Shown here: one piece after another, positions 43,001 through 47,997 of the stretch
Numbering within the stretch: the stretch's first letter is position 1
Layout of the letters: every line of letters starts with the position of its first letter
Assembly (NCBI GenBank): GCA_026391915.1
Contig: JAPLCZ010000257.1
Location: 5,691-69,690 of the forward strand
Direction: 5' to 3'
DNA from: Bacteroidota bacterium
GTDB taxonomy: Bacteria; Bacteroidota; Bacteroidia; CAILMK01
Length of the DNA stretch: 64,000 nt
Made by a program: the position numbers and the translations under genes
The notes under the pieces: generated by a model
Seen by the model: the letters and a program-made list of their open reading frames with translations, nothing else
The model's database searches: none
What the model was told of the DNA's origin: nothing

Positions 43001-45193
43001 GCTTCTACTACTGTAAGTGGTAGCACAGCTAACTTACAAATCAGCGGTTCATTTACCGTAAGTGGTACTTGGAGCCACACTGCAGGAACAACTGAGTTTG
43101 TTTCTAGCAGTGCTCAAACAATTCCTTCTACTACTTTCTGGAATTTGAAAACCAATGGCAGCTCTACCAAATCTCTTGGTGGTGCAGTAACTGTAAATAA
43201 CCAACTTAACCTTGTAAGCGGTTCTACCCTTTCAATAGGTGCTAATACACTTACTATGGCTTCTGGTTCTGGCTTCAAAGGTACTGGTACTTTAACTGGT
43301 AGTTCATCTTCTAACATGACCTTTACCGGTTCTGGAAGTGCAACTATCCCTGACGTAAGTTTGAATAACCTTACTATTAACCGTTCTGGTTCTACTGTAA
43401 CTACTGGTGATATAACTGTAAGTGGTACTCAAACCATGACTGCTGGTACTCTTGCCATCGGTTCTGGTAAAACATTAACACTTAACGGTGCTATCTCTGG
43501 TACTGGTGCTTCATTAACTGGTGGTACTACTTCTAACTTAACAGTTGATGGTTCTGGCGCCAGCACTACAGTTCCTGCTATTAGCGGTGGTTTGGGTAAC
43601 TTCACTATTAACCGTGCTAATGGTATTACCCTTGGTGGTGCTATTACTGTTAATAATACGCTTGCTCTAACTAATGGTACTGTAAGCACTGCAGGTAACC
43701 TAAGTATGGCTGCTAATACTTTTGTAACTAGAAGCTCTGGTTCATTAAGTGGCACGCCTACATTAGGTAGCGGTATTAGCTATACTTATGGTGCTACTCT
43801 TACTACTGGTACTGAGTTGGCCTCAACAGCTAATAACTTCACAATTTCTACAGGTACTACTACATTAGGTTCTAACCTTACCTTGAATGGCGCATTTGCT
43901 AATAATGGTACAGGCTTTATCTTCAACAGCAAAAAACTTGTTCTAAAACAAGGTTACTCTGGTGCAGGTACATTAACCGGTGGTGGAACTTCAATGTTAG
44001 AAGTACTTGATGGTGGCTCTGCTACTATGATGACTATACCTTCTGTAACTTTAGCTGACCTTACTATAAATCGTGCTACTGGCTTTAACATCAGTGGTAA
44101 TATTACAGTAACGGATAGCGTAGGTATGGTTAATGGTATCTTCTTTACTGATACTACCAATAGCCGTAAACTTATCCTTAGCGGTGCTACTGCAAGGTTA
44201 AATGAAACAGCTACTTCTTATGTATATGGTACTGTAGAGCAAAGCAAAACTATCCCATTAAGCACTGCTACTAACTTTGGTAATATGTTATCAATTAAGG
44301 CAGTTACTACTTCTCCTGGTACTACTGTAGTAACAAGGAAAGACCAAGTAATTACAGGTTTATTATCTTACAATAACAAACCTGTAAAAGGTATGAATAC
44401 TACTTGGGATATTGTACCAACAACTAACACCAACCTTGGTGCTACTGTTACCTTCAAATACACTGATGCGCTATTGAAAAATATCGTTGAAAGTAGCTTG
44501 GATGTATATGTAAACCACGGTGCTGGTTGGGATTTGATGGGTACAGTTTCAAGAAACTCTACTACTAACACCATTGTAAGTAGGGCTACTTCTCACTTCT
44601 CTAACTTTACGTTGGGTGGTTCATTCAGCAATCCATTACCAGTTGAGCTTATCAGCTTTACTGCAAGCTTGAAGAATGAAGTTACTGCAGCTTTAGTTTG
44701 GAACACTGCTTCTGAAATTGATAACAATCACTTTGATGTTGAGAGATCAATTGATGGAGTAACTTATGTGAAAGTAGGTGAAGTTGCTGGGCACGGTACT
44801 ACTAATACTGAAAATAGCTATAGCTACGATGATCAGTTTGGTAATGTTGTAGCTCCAGTACTTTACTACCGCTTGAAACAAGTTGATAACAATGGTACAT
44901 CTACTTACAGCCCTGTGGCTAAAGTTCGCACTACAGAACGTGTTGACGGATTGAAAGTTTGGTACAATAAAGAATCTGATAAACTTTCTTCTATCATCAG
45001 CGTAAATACCTCTGACATCATTACTGTTAAAGTAACTGACCAAAATGGTAAAGTAGTTGGCGAAACTAAAACTCAGGTTAATAAAGGTAACAACACGCTT
45101 GAAATTGATATGAATGGTACTGCAAAAGGTATCTACTACTTCAACTACACAAGTGGTGCTGGCACTCAAGTTAAATCTGTAATGAAGTACTAA
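25097..45193 (+). CDS. Giant (~6,700 aa) T9SS-secreted repeat protein: about 10 tandem modules of right-handed parallel beta-helix (PbH1-type) plus CARDB/Ig-like domain, a distinct C-terminal beta-helical/Ig region and a Por secretion tail
   Basis: Signal peptide MKQFYSKGSLRTSIVAMMLLLLTTVSSYA. The ORF-track start at 24863 is an upstream in-frame extension without signal peptide. Module caps TPDIGADEF(T)P recur at nt 26561, 28283, 29956, 31613, 33386, 35114, 36874, 38644, 40320 and 42790. Each is followed by YCxGxxxVxxTxxNxGxxxLxSxxxKWWVDGxAQTxYSWTG (CARDB-like). The C-terminus GIYYFNYTSGAGTQVKSVMKY is a T9SS sorting domain. Confidence 0.85.
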   Translation: MKQFYSKGSLRTSIVAMMLLLLTTVSSYASFTPGNTYTINPSAAASSTNYLTFASAQSDLVSGTRADGGTANGPGISTSTTGNVTFSISDGTYTEQISFNNITGTSATRRVIFTSASADSTKVTLTAASQFSSTTNYTVRLNGADWVTFQKMTIKRTGTSTYANVVVITNGSNNTIIENCRISGRYQASVNPGQLYEDNGCIYSQTYAGMTDDTGTIIRNNRIRFGLNGICMGGTNQTTGEAGLQIYNNDIDSAGQIGVLLVYCKRVKIYNNRINFPNHTAATPQITMAMRVQNSDNLNIYNNNITLNSNGPTPNAFQLWSSNYGNIYNNWISVWGGSSAAIAQYFTSNTYMNYYYNNVVCNSTISVGTAFYVSGAGTHQKLINNNFVNSGGALVYRINSTGEFDSSNYNNHYGANSTNAYYYVGGTVYSTFAAWKSASSMDANSKNVNPVFTSSTDLHVNNAILNGAGRVRPGITTDYDGDARNTSTPDIGADEFSPPALDGGVTSVDAPLAGSFCAPSTQSVKVTIVNNGTTTLTSADVKWTVNGSSQTTYNWTGSLATGATAQVTLGSYSFTSGSLIYTVKAWTESPNAGTDGNANNDTNSYNVKSKMSGTFTIGGTSPNYASFSAAVADLTAYGVCGAVTFNVADGIYNEQLMLLPITGASSTNTITFQSTSGDSSKVSLQFPSLSGNSFNNYVINFQGGDWFTFKKMGIKRSGSALTYGALILMIGQANNNTITNCMLIGPKIGSTASGNEIVDCGYDPISGSTTGTDCNFNTVSNNYVKYGSTVFWFYTGGSGYQTGNVISGNIVDSGSYMGVYAYYSRRIKILNNTFTNHGYSNTSAYGLYTYYADSGIWIKGNRFTAVNMNGFTYGMYTYLANANSTGYENIIVNNMISVPGHTTTYYLEYLYCTGPTIIAYNNYHIYANTTISGGGTARYGLYVANGTASYPIVKNNNFTADQANTVYYVASTSYMGSGNSNYNNFWNNATTNLIYFGATYNTLTAYKFGASMDLNSVSVNPNYYAKDNLHVNATGINNKGTSSMNTWVSTLDIDGQARSSTTPDIGADEFTPVAQDASITAITAPGTTYCPGSTSVTATLKNLGTSSLTSVTLNWYVNASVQAPYVWTGTLASNASTNIVVGSYSFTSGTYAVDVATTNPNGTTDGNTSNDSVHKGSINQGILGTYTVGGVSPNYATITAALTYISGYGICGTTTLNIRDGVYAEQMIIPVIGGTSLTNRLIIKSESNDSTKVTFTWPSSAASTYNPVLHFNGADFVTVKKMTFTSSGTNPYGQGVYFSNQANWDSIANCNVSGPQYIGTNTYSAAFYSPANDYCNNNTLAYNSFKYGSYNYFYGNSTTRPTGNKFMYNNIDSTYYIALYFLYHNNIRVVGNKIRYPGYNYSSGGNYGLYLLYNDSGLRVQNNFIYTPLVSNTYSYYAIYLGYSVNPSNNPGIVSNNWVSTVSASTISYGSALYMVGNSYVNVVYNSFLSWGANNTSGTGSGTYYHNSSGGGNNQFLNNICANTGGGYAVYEAIPGYWDRWNYNNLYTNGSNLTYWNGTNYTTLAAHKSGSGVDSNSVSVNPNFYGVTDLHTNSAGVNNLGKALAYVTTDYDGQTRSASTPDIGSDEFTPTNSDASINSIVSPATSYCAGTQNVNVALKNVGAFTLTSVSIKWYVNGTAQTPYVWTGTMTSGNSTTVTVGTYSFTSGTYVVAASSELPNGNPDNNTANDSAYTPTLNMGISGTLTVGPSGTYSTINAAMLDLKTNGICGNVVISVQDGVYAEQLDFDATYATSASNTITVQSASGDSSKCWIKWVASNVATNNFAIRFSGAKYITIKKMGISRTGASTDPYFYTLVMQGGSTYCKVNNCHIIGNTNYSNYTIYYYQNGTGLGNEITNTRIRYGYGMYLYGNTGSYEKYWTLTGNIWDSTYYGMGLYYYLDAPNISYNTVNGGANASNSTYYGAYLYYMQNSVGDYVGKFVGNKIICGPTAYYGIYESYSQSATKNIYLTLIANNMVICPSTNSAMNYLWYSYYNNNRRYYHNSLNNLGTYASCYTWYVYENATNSNIFTNNITSVTGNTANYGIGYFYYIGGSNYNDFYTNSSNFAYYNGTLYSTFAAWKTATSFDANSLAKDPGFLGATDLHASSPYINNAGTPLSAVTTDFDKQTRSTTFPDMGADEFTIPNTDAGLVSIDSPYTTSYCPGVHNVKATMKNFGLNGLSSATIKWWVDGVAQTDYSWTGSAVSNGSTVAINFGTYNFPGTGTHSVMCKVTNPNGTTDGNSANDSLAKTGMNPAMTGTKTIGGSSPDYATFAAALVDLNLKGVCGSGITYNVRDGIYNEQLNFTTINGASPTCWVTFQSQSNDSSKAWLKWPTSTSSTATTHGIVNFNGSASYIKFSKLGMLRYGTGTGDYYSAMVSFGSQSVSNITVTNCYMANTNVATPYFYYGAVDGYYWISGIGNNIQVTNNVIKGRFYYGGVAIYGYNTWPTGINVSGNTIDSSYYYGTFIYYCNSVKYERNTLNLLYHGSAGYPYYGAYLYYIGNSVSDGATSVSYNKIIMDNTSTGTNYGIFFAYGYNGYTTGLINTKLSYVNNNIISMKNSSTGSNYGLYTYYNGKTIYYHNSINLYGGTSGVLYGWYWYPYTTGVGYSMRNNSIVTLGTSTCYIIYWPNASVTYGNSRCNNYYPMTGGSSYAYNGTTYNTIASYNTAIPSDSGSISVNPNYFSNTDLHTLSSSLNNAGNGSNGTWKASTYVTTDMDGATRNATTPDIGADEFTPPTDDAGATAITNPAGAYCIGTSTNVTITLKNQGTNSLSSTTVKWWVDGTAQTDYSWTGTLTAGSSTSIVIGTYTFSTGGSHTINAKTTLPNGTTDGYAANDSSGLVLSGNSLSAGTYTIGGTTPDYATFTLALAALTTKGICGAVTFNVRDGIYTEKLNVTAISGVSATNTVTFQSQSLDSTKAWLNWPANNTASTEYAIVFNGCQYVTIKKLGIKRTGSTTDYYSNGVNFTAGAVNNTLTNCHMISNINYPASSMMYSTANGQGNTVTNNRVRYAGYALRVDGTSTVYETNWNISGNIIDTCYYAGIFVTYLDAPKINSNTINGCTHAWPSGTWTQTFGISLSYVRNSQSAVVGEVKGNKIIMPSIPGTVTSYALYDVNSYSATSNNYPTVIANNMISTFSSSASYGQHGMYISSMSRRYVYYNSSNVGGSLTNSTAAPYGVYFLPGTTGIMNDFKNNCIVNTTGGYAVYMYYHNTSGTSRGGWNYNNYYAPNSTYWVYNGSTYTTFALWKAGSLSDSNSINVNPAFNSATDLHTASANLNAAGTIAQLPLITTDFDGQTRNATTPDIGADEYTPPTNDAAVTVITSPGVAYCTASATNVTATIVNNAATTLTTAVVKWWIDGTAQTNYSWSGSLTAGSSTSVTVGSYTFTTTPTTHTVDVKVTSPNGGTDNVLTNDSLRKGPLVQGIQGTKTIDGGGAGDYISFTAAVTDMQTYGLCGAITFNVTPGYYIEQVNLQNIGSSATNTVLFQGSTSDSTASVLYFSANATASPNYLVNFNGVSYVTFKKLCFQRLSTTAQTYGNIFTYVGGANNITVTNCHVVGNKNYQTTGTTSNSFYSTANGGANNKILNNRIRYQFLYIYGTGSNSPDIGWQISGNMIDSTYYYGMLMAYHDGFKIQNNRITGATVSSSPANPLNYGIYLQYYRNTQSVSANQITGNRIYIPYYNTTCYGMYCIYSGTSYVTTNTYPTLIANNQVSIGYASASAVTGMYIYLGQRQLVYHNSINLFAGTGTSYGLYVYGQNTSQTTNNFYVRNNIVANKQTGASEYNIYNYYTYSRTNCFYSTGSTNNYFVNNGTTYSTLALYKAGTGSPDSSSVNGSNPNFFGNNDLHTTASISSNAGTGNGTYGKDNTGTTVNSLVGTDLDGETRTAATPDIGADEYSIPVNDIGVAITSPTTSYCSGSTSNVTATISNIGTNSLTSGTVKYYIDGVAQTNYIWSGTLATNATTSVVIGTYTLTTGSHVLQAKGKSPNGTTDDYSTNDSTYTGSMTAALGGTKTIGGTTPDYTTFTLAVADLLSKGVCSTLIFSVRDGVYSEAITLTAIPGASATNTVTFQSQSLDSSKAWLSQPASTSLSSIVILTNVSYVRFNKLGFIRPGTSSQYFQNCIYFNGVNGLGVQITNCLLVGNKANTSVTSSYTGNYSQMIASYVSTSSNNNGAFINNNKLRYGPITIYNAGYSTTTISEGNWIITNNIIDSPMYYGIYAFGLDTFKINGNRLNFANGLPYTVYGMYIYYPKNTTNATYGRNNELKGNKLYWPGYYTTEYGMYYYYGYSQTNNRPTIIANNMITISAGTGTGYGCYMYYDSKIHFYHNTINTVAGGTGSYSFYYYNPSPTSNTTYPAYVRNNIFNNVAGVTYMMYMYGRPVSIDYNNYYYTGANLGYDAYNGYAYSTFALWKAAVSGTYFQRPDSNGTNNLPQFVSNSDLHNSASSLNNTGGIYSGGVASIWNAYANTDYDGTTRSATTPDVGADEFTPPAEDVKMMSADTPGNSYCASATPRNVWITIKNNGTNNLTTATIKWWVNGTAQADYNWTGTITPGANSQLNIGSYVFNSGTYSMNFKSVTPNGGTDGNILDDSMAKPSIVPGGGGTYTIDAAGGGNYTTFSAAVSDLLTNGLCTPATYNVVNGVYNEQVNITAISGANATNTILFQSVSNDSSKVFITFNGNTAVAASNYALNFNGCSYVTFKGISVQRVGTSAQTSSNVVQFTNNAKSNVFRNGMIVANRNAYASSIAVYGNLSYYGNTVMNSRIRYGRGLYILGNSAVYETNWVLTGNILDSSYSTSTSYGAIHLSYLDAPTVSNNTINGSTLYGGTGTGILMNYVRNNQSNYAGTITRNTMTLINGNYGIYDANSYNATNNNFPTLVANNIINIQGAGVAYGIFSTASKLREWYYNTVNMTNTNTSSYALYETYNTSTVRNMQWKNNIFANSGGGQAAFVHLPQGMNYNDYYTTNSTFGSYNGTAYATFALWKTGSTKDSNSLNVNPQFYSSSNGHVYNQSINGAATPIASIVSNDVDGQTRNATTPDMGGDEFDPPAQDATILAITNPNPGYYCAGTNTVTATIGNLGYNALTSMSVNWWINGIAQTPYAWTGTLSASATTSMSIGTYNFLSGNVYYIDMKVVSVLPSPDGNPTNDSMHQNLYSEGLNAGTYTINPSNPVSSTNYQTFTAVAYDLNNRGLCGAVVFNASDGVYTGQISLGAITGSSATNTVTFNGNTSDSNKVIMSFPAGSTYSAAGANVNYVVGFNGCQYVTFNKMTMRRTSTGTDYFATLVYFGGGSHNNTVSNCVIKGLYNNAYYSYDHVLISDGYTYYNTQNIVADTNNTIKNNLMRYGTYPFYIAGNSSSIATYESFGSITGNDIDSAYQYNYPYIAYTNRTKFNTNKLVWRSGSSYGVYAVSNANLQLNGNTLFDTLVSPSYGFYVTSNVSVSLNSNTITNASGYTNNNPIYFASNNGTMTANGNTLRQRSTGTYPFYFTSNTSTNTGTLSINSNTYILNGTTSYPFYIASNTCPITMNGNTITQASTATTSSYFWYYYNNTGSTNLIQSNTISHNATGASYILYTQSNTGLTVRKNTITSSASHSYSVYATSNNAMTFDTNTITTSAAATYLAYFPTLQDLAFNGNILTNGFTQTGVAYLNTLTTSTRSISIQGNKFLNTSASSGSYIVNAGAITGSSTYVALIANNMFIAATATALSSFYHPSSASSYINFYHNTVRGSTTSTTVGSATTPMFFYTSTTSSNINVKNNIFANMSSGYVYYRYNMATSDYNDVYANNSASYNMAVNGTGYATLAAAKTAGYETNSVSVNPQFTSASDLHISTSTTPCAIHHKGVSGLGVAYDYDAGVRNTNPDLGADEFTVASGNGGQWTGSINTNWFTTGNWCDDVVPTSSTNVTVPSGLVSYPNIDTGTAVCNNYTINSSASTTVSGSTANLQISGSFTVSGTWSHTAGTTEFVSSSAQTIPSTTFWNLKTNGSSTKSLGGAVTVNNQLNLVSGSTLSIGANTLTMASGSGFKGTGTLTGSSSSNMTFTGSGSATIPDVSLNNLTINRSGSTVTTGDITVSGTQTMTAGTLAIGSGKTLTLNGAISGTGASLTGGTTSNLTVDGSGASTTVPAISGGLGNFTINRANGITLGGAITVNNTLALTNGTVSTAGNLSMAANTFVTRSSGSLSGTPTLGSGISYTYGATLTTGTELASTANNFTISTGTTTLGSNLTLNGAFANNGTGFIFNSKKLVLKQGYSGAGTLTGGGTSMLEVLDGGSATMMTIPSVTLADLTINRATGFNISGNITVTDSVGMVNGIFFTDTTNSRKLILSGATARLNETATSYVYGTVEQSKTIPLSTATNFGNMLSIKAVTTSPGTTVVTRKDQVITGLLSYNNKPVKGMNTTWDIVPTTNTNLGATVTFKYTDALLKNIVESSLDVYVNHGAGWDLMGTVSRNSTTNTIVSRATSHFSNFTLGGSFSNPLPVELISFTASLKNEVTAALVWNTASEIDNNHFDVERSIDGVTYVKVGEVAGHGTTNTENSYSYDDQFGNVVAPVLYYRLKQVDNNGTSTYSPVAKVRTTERVDGLKVWYNKESDKLSSIISVNTSDIITVKVTDQNGKVVGETKTQVNKGNNTLEIDMNGTAKGIYYFNYTSGAGTQVKSVMKY

Positions 45194-45230
45194 TTCCTCT
45201 TATCTAAGAAGAGAACTTAATATATCTTCA

Positions 45231-45271
45231 GAAGCCCTCCCGATTCATTTCGGGGGGGCTTCTTGTTTTAT
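45231..45271 (+). terminator. Putative intrinsic terminator of the giant gene
   Basis: GAAGCCCTCCC-gattcatttc-GGGGGGGCTTC (11-bp stem with one G-U) followed by TTGTTTTAT, 35 nt after the stop. Confidence 0.5.
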
Positions 45272-45311
45272 AGGCATTGGGCAAGGTGTTAATGACAGGG
45301 CTATTTTTTAG

Positions 45312-45621
45312 CCTCACCCCAAAAAAACCTCATCCGTCCTTTGGACACGTTTGCTGCGCAGAACCCTTTGGGTTTCTCCAAAGGAGAAGGAAACTGCCTC
45401 CGAAGTAACCCTAACTGTAAGTTAGGTGGCGGTAAAGTCCTCTCCTTTGGAGAGGATTTAGGTGAGGTTGAAACTTGCCAATTGTTGTCATCACCCTTCT
45501 CTTTTTTAAGACCTCACCCCAACCCCTCTCCAAAAGAGAGGGGCAAGAAAAAAGAAATGCACCATCAAGTTGGCAGGGGGTAAAGTCATTCTCCTTTGGA
45601 GAAGGATTTAGGATGAGGTAA
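45312..45621. repeat. Two tandem composite palindromic elements bounded by CCTCACC...GGTGAGG inverted termini
   Basis: Internal perfect palindromes: TTCTCCAAAGGAGAA (45374), TCCTCTCCTTTGGAGAGGA (45439), CCCCTCTCCAAAAGAGAGGGG (45518), TTCTCCTTTGGAGAA (45586). A 41-bp direct repeat GGTAAAGTC...GGATTTAGG(T/A)TGAGGT occurs at 45431 and 45581. Confidence 0.6.
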
Positions 45622-45769
45622 TAGCCAGCAACTGTCATTAACTACGGGAATGAACCTTAGGGTAATGGTATCCTCATGGTGACAAAAACTCAGGGTGATA
45701 ACAAAACAAAAAAGCCGGGCTACTTTTAGTTTCACCCGACTTTCCTGATATGAAAAAATACTATCTTCC

Positions 45770-46726
45770 TTATAAATTTACTTCAATATCACCGGGTAAA
45801 TTGGGGTCAAGATTTTTTACAATAAGGTATCTGCCATCTGCCACATTGCCCAGTTGCGGTGCATGAACCACAATGTTTGATACCCTTGGAGGCACATCAA
45901 AAAACACAGTTGGGTTAGTTTCGCCTTTTTCATGTGCAATATATACACGCAGCGTAGCATCGCTAATGTTGCTGAAATAAGCATCATCGGTTGTTTTGAA
46001 ACTGTGTTTGCAAATGGTAAAAACCTGCCCACCATTTAAGTGTTTGGTAAATGTTTTTTGTGGCTTTTGTTGCAGGGTTTCCATATCAAAGAAATTGGTG
46101 ATGGGGTCCAGATTATCACTGTATTGCATAATCAAACCACCATAAACATATTGCAAAGCATTAGCAATGGTAGTGCATATATTGGTTACGGTGCCACTAT
46201 CCTGCCCACCGGTGCTAATGTTACCTTGCTGGGTGTTGTAGGCAAGTAGCAATAAATCATAATAGGCATCAACATCAGTCTTAACAAGATTGAGTAGAGG
46301 GTAATTTCCTAAAACAATACTTAAGGAGTGTACTGCCCCAAGTCGGTCAGTTTGTTTGCCTTGGGTAAAGGGGTTGTGCCCATTGGCAAAAATGATTTTG
46401 TATTCATCTGTAAAATCCCTGTAGGTTTTCTGAATTTCAAAGTCCCAGTCGTTCACTTTTTGGGTGAGCCCTTTTAAAAGATTTTTCTTGGCGGTGGTAC
46501 TACCCACCTTAACATTTGTTTGCGCTACCCTGTTATCATTTGCATTGATTAGCAAAAGATGTTTGGGGTGGTAAAAATTGTAGAGCCCATCAATGGCGGG
46601 GCTAATGGTTCTGTTTGCCTCTAAGGCGGCATCTGAAAAAGAGCTAAGTTTAATAGCCCTAGTGAAACTTTTTTGGATGGATGCTTTAAAAGCATTCTTT
46701 GCTAAATCCGATTTTTTTGCTGTCAT
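45770..46726 (-). CDS. Hypothetical cytoplasmic protein (318 aa, no recognisable domains)
   Basis: Long ORF with coding-like composition, no signal peptide, convergent with the giant gene. Confidence 0.55.
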   Translation of the reverse strand: MTAKKSDLAKNAFKASIQKSFTRAIKLSSFSDAALEANRTISPAIDGLYNFYHPKHLLLINANDNRVAQTNVKVGSTTAKKNLLKGLTQKVNDWDFEIQKTYRDFTDEYKIIFANGHNPFTQGKQTDRLGAVHSLSIVLGNYPLLNLVKTDVDAYYDLLLLAYNTQQGNISTGGQDSGTVTNICTTIANALQYVYGGLIMQYSDNLDPITNFFDMETLQQKPQKTFTKHLNGGQVFTICKHSFKTTDDAYFSNISDATLRVYIAHEKGETNPTVFFDVPPRVSNIVVHAPQLGNVADGRYLIVKNLDPNLPGDIEVNL

Positions 46727-46922
46727 GAGAATTAAAATTTTTGTTTTTGTTTATAAAATTATTTTTTTATTTCCCCTATTAACGGAGCTTATTTTAAAAT
46801 TATTGTAAGCGGATGAAAATATATTTTAATTATTATTTTAACCACAGTAAATTTTATTGCATGGCAGATAATATTTTTTTCAGAAAATTTTCCTTGCCCC
46901 TAATTCCTTGATTTGGTTTTAT

Positions 46923-47157
46923 TGCCTGCCATTAACAGCAGGTGATAAACTGGCGTATGTAATAGGGCTTCCTTTAGCGGAAGCTATTAGATTGGTGGGT
47001 GTAGATGAGCTGCTGTTAACGGCAGCTCATCTACTAACGTGTTTTATAGAGCTGCTGTTAATAGCAGCTATAGTAATGAGATGTTTCAATCAGGTGCTGC
47101 CAACGGCAGGTGGCAGAATGATATCATTTTATGACCTGCTGCTAATAGAAGGCAGTA
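46923..47157. promoter_or_regulatory. Array of 6 hairpin-forming inverted repeats with ~42-43 bp periodicity (consensus GCTGC-TGTTAAYR-GCAGC)
   Basis: Hairpin positions: 46923 (CCTGC..GCAGG), 46969 (GCTTCC-tttagc-GGAAGC), 47007 (GAGCTGC-tgttaacg-GCAGCTC), 47049 (AGCTGC-tgttaata-GCAGCT), 47094 (CTGCC-aac-GGCAG), 47135 (CTGC..GCAG). Between the yraN 3' end and the start of the 318-aa hypothetical gene. Confidence 0.55.
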
Positions 47158-47187
47158 TAAACACGGAATTAGCGGAGTTTTATTTCC

Positions 47188-47541
47188 TTAGCCCGCAAAG
47201 GCATCCTCAATATGATACACCTCGGTTTTGCCATTCATTAAAACAATGGAAATAATGTCAAATCTAATTTCAGCATCAAGATTTTTTTCTTCAAGATAAA
47301 CGGCAGCAGCATTAATAAGGTTCTTCTTTTTAGCTGCAGAAACTGCTTTCTCTGGGAAGCCATAGGCAATGCCTGTGCGGGTTTTTACTTCAATAAAAAT
47401 AATTGTGTTTTTATGGTTGGCAATAATATCCACCTCAAGCTTGGCAGTGCGCCAATTGGTCTCTAAAATGGTGTAACCCTTTTTGATAATAAAATCAACC
47501 GCAGTTTTTTCTCCGCTTGCACCCGCTTGAGTATTATTCAT
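47188..47541 (-). CDS. yraN: YraN-family (UPF0102) endonuclease-like protein
   Basis: GEKTAVDFIIKKGYTILETNWRTAKLEVDIIA...IIFIEVKTR is the typical YraN/Holliday-junction-resolvase-like fold signature. Confidence 0.7.
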   Translation of the reverse strand: MNNTQAGASGEKTAVDFIIKKGYTILETNWRTAKLEVDIIANHKNTIIFIEVKTRTGIAYGFPEKAVSAAKKKNLINAAAVYLEEKNLDAEIRFDIISIVLMNGKTEVYHIEDAFAG

Positions 47542-47571
47542 AAAATCTTACCTTTGAAGCCTCAACAACTT

Positions 47572-47997
47572 ATGAAAACAGTTAAGGTTCTTCTTCTTTC
47601 TTTTTTACTATGTTTTGGATTTGCCAATGTGTTTGCAAATAACGGCAAACACATTCAAATTTATGTTAAAGATATTTACTCAACAGAGGATACCGCAATT
47701 GTACAAAAGAGTTTTTATAAGCATGGCAAAAAGTTTTTTATGGAGAAGTATCGACGTGATATTATTGGAATTACTGGCACAGCTACAGGTATTTATATCT
47801 TAAACTCATATACCCGTAAAAAGCTTTATGTGCTGCTAAGGGACTATCAACGCAATGGGTATTTGCCACAAAAATACAGCGAAAGGGTAGAGCAATGGGT
47901 GGAGGAAACCAAACGCGAAAGGCTTTTGAAAGAACGCAAAGCACGCCTAAAAAAAGAGAAGGAAAGATTGAAAGAAGAGGGCGCTAAGGCTCAGTGA
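47572..47997 (+). CDS. Hypothetical secreted protein with Lys/Glu-rich coiled-coil tail
   Basis: Signal peptide MKTVKVLLLSFLLCFGFANVFA from the internal Met (the ORF track starts at 47527). C-terminal RERLLKERKARLKKEKERLKEE. Confidence 0.45.
   Translation: MKTVKVLLLSFLLCFGFANVFANNGKHIQIYVKDIYSTEDTAIVQKSFYKHGKKFFMEKYRRDIIGITGTATGIYILNSYTRKKLYVLLRDYQRNGYLPQKYSERVEQWVEETKRERLLKERKARLKKEKERLKEEGAKAQ

Noticed and set aside
25179-45169. Numerous 60-170-aa ORFs on both strands inside the giant gene (for example 44747-45169 minus, 30767-31096 minus, 27849-28139 plus)
   Set aside because: They are embedded in and out of frame with a continuous 20-kb ORF that has a strong periodic domain structure. 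Their low-complexity I/L/T-rich translations are typical of antisense or off-frame artefacts.
45341-45638. Overlapping ORFs 45341-45583 (+) and 45411-45638 (-)
   Set aside because: Both run through perfect palindromes (so each strand reads similarly) in an intergenic repeat element, and show no coding-like composition.
46923-47157. Possible CRISPR array
   Set aside because: The ~42-bp period (about 20-bp repeat plus 20-bp spacer) is too short for a CRISPR array. The repeats are not identical (five sequence variants). No cas genes or leader are nearby.
46908-47255. 115-aa plus-strand ORF across the hairpin array
   Set aside because: The translation (LLLTAAHLL, LLLIAAIV, LLLIEG) is generated by the repeated GCTGCTGTTAA palindromes and overlaps the yraN 3' end, so it is an artefact of the repeats.
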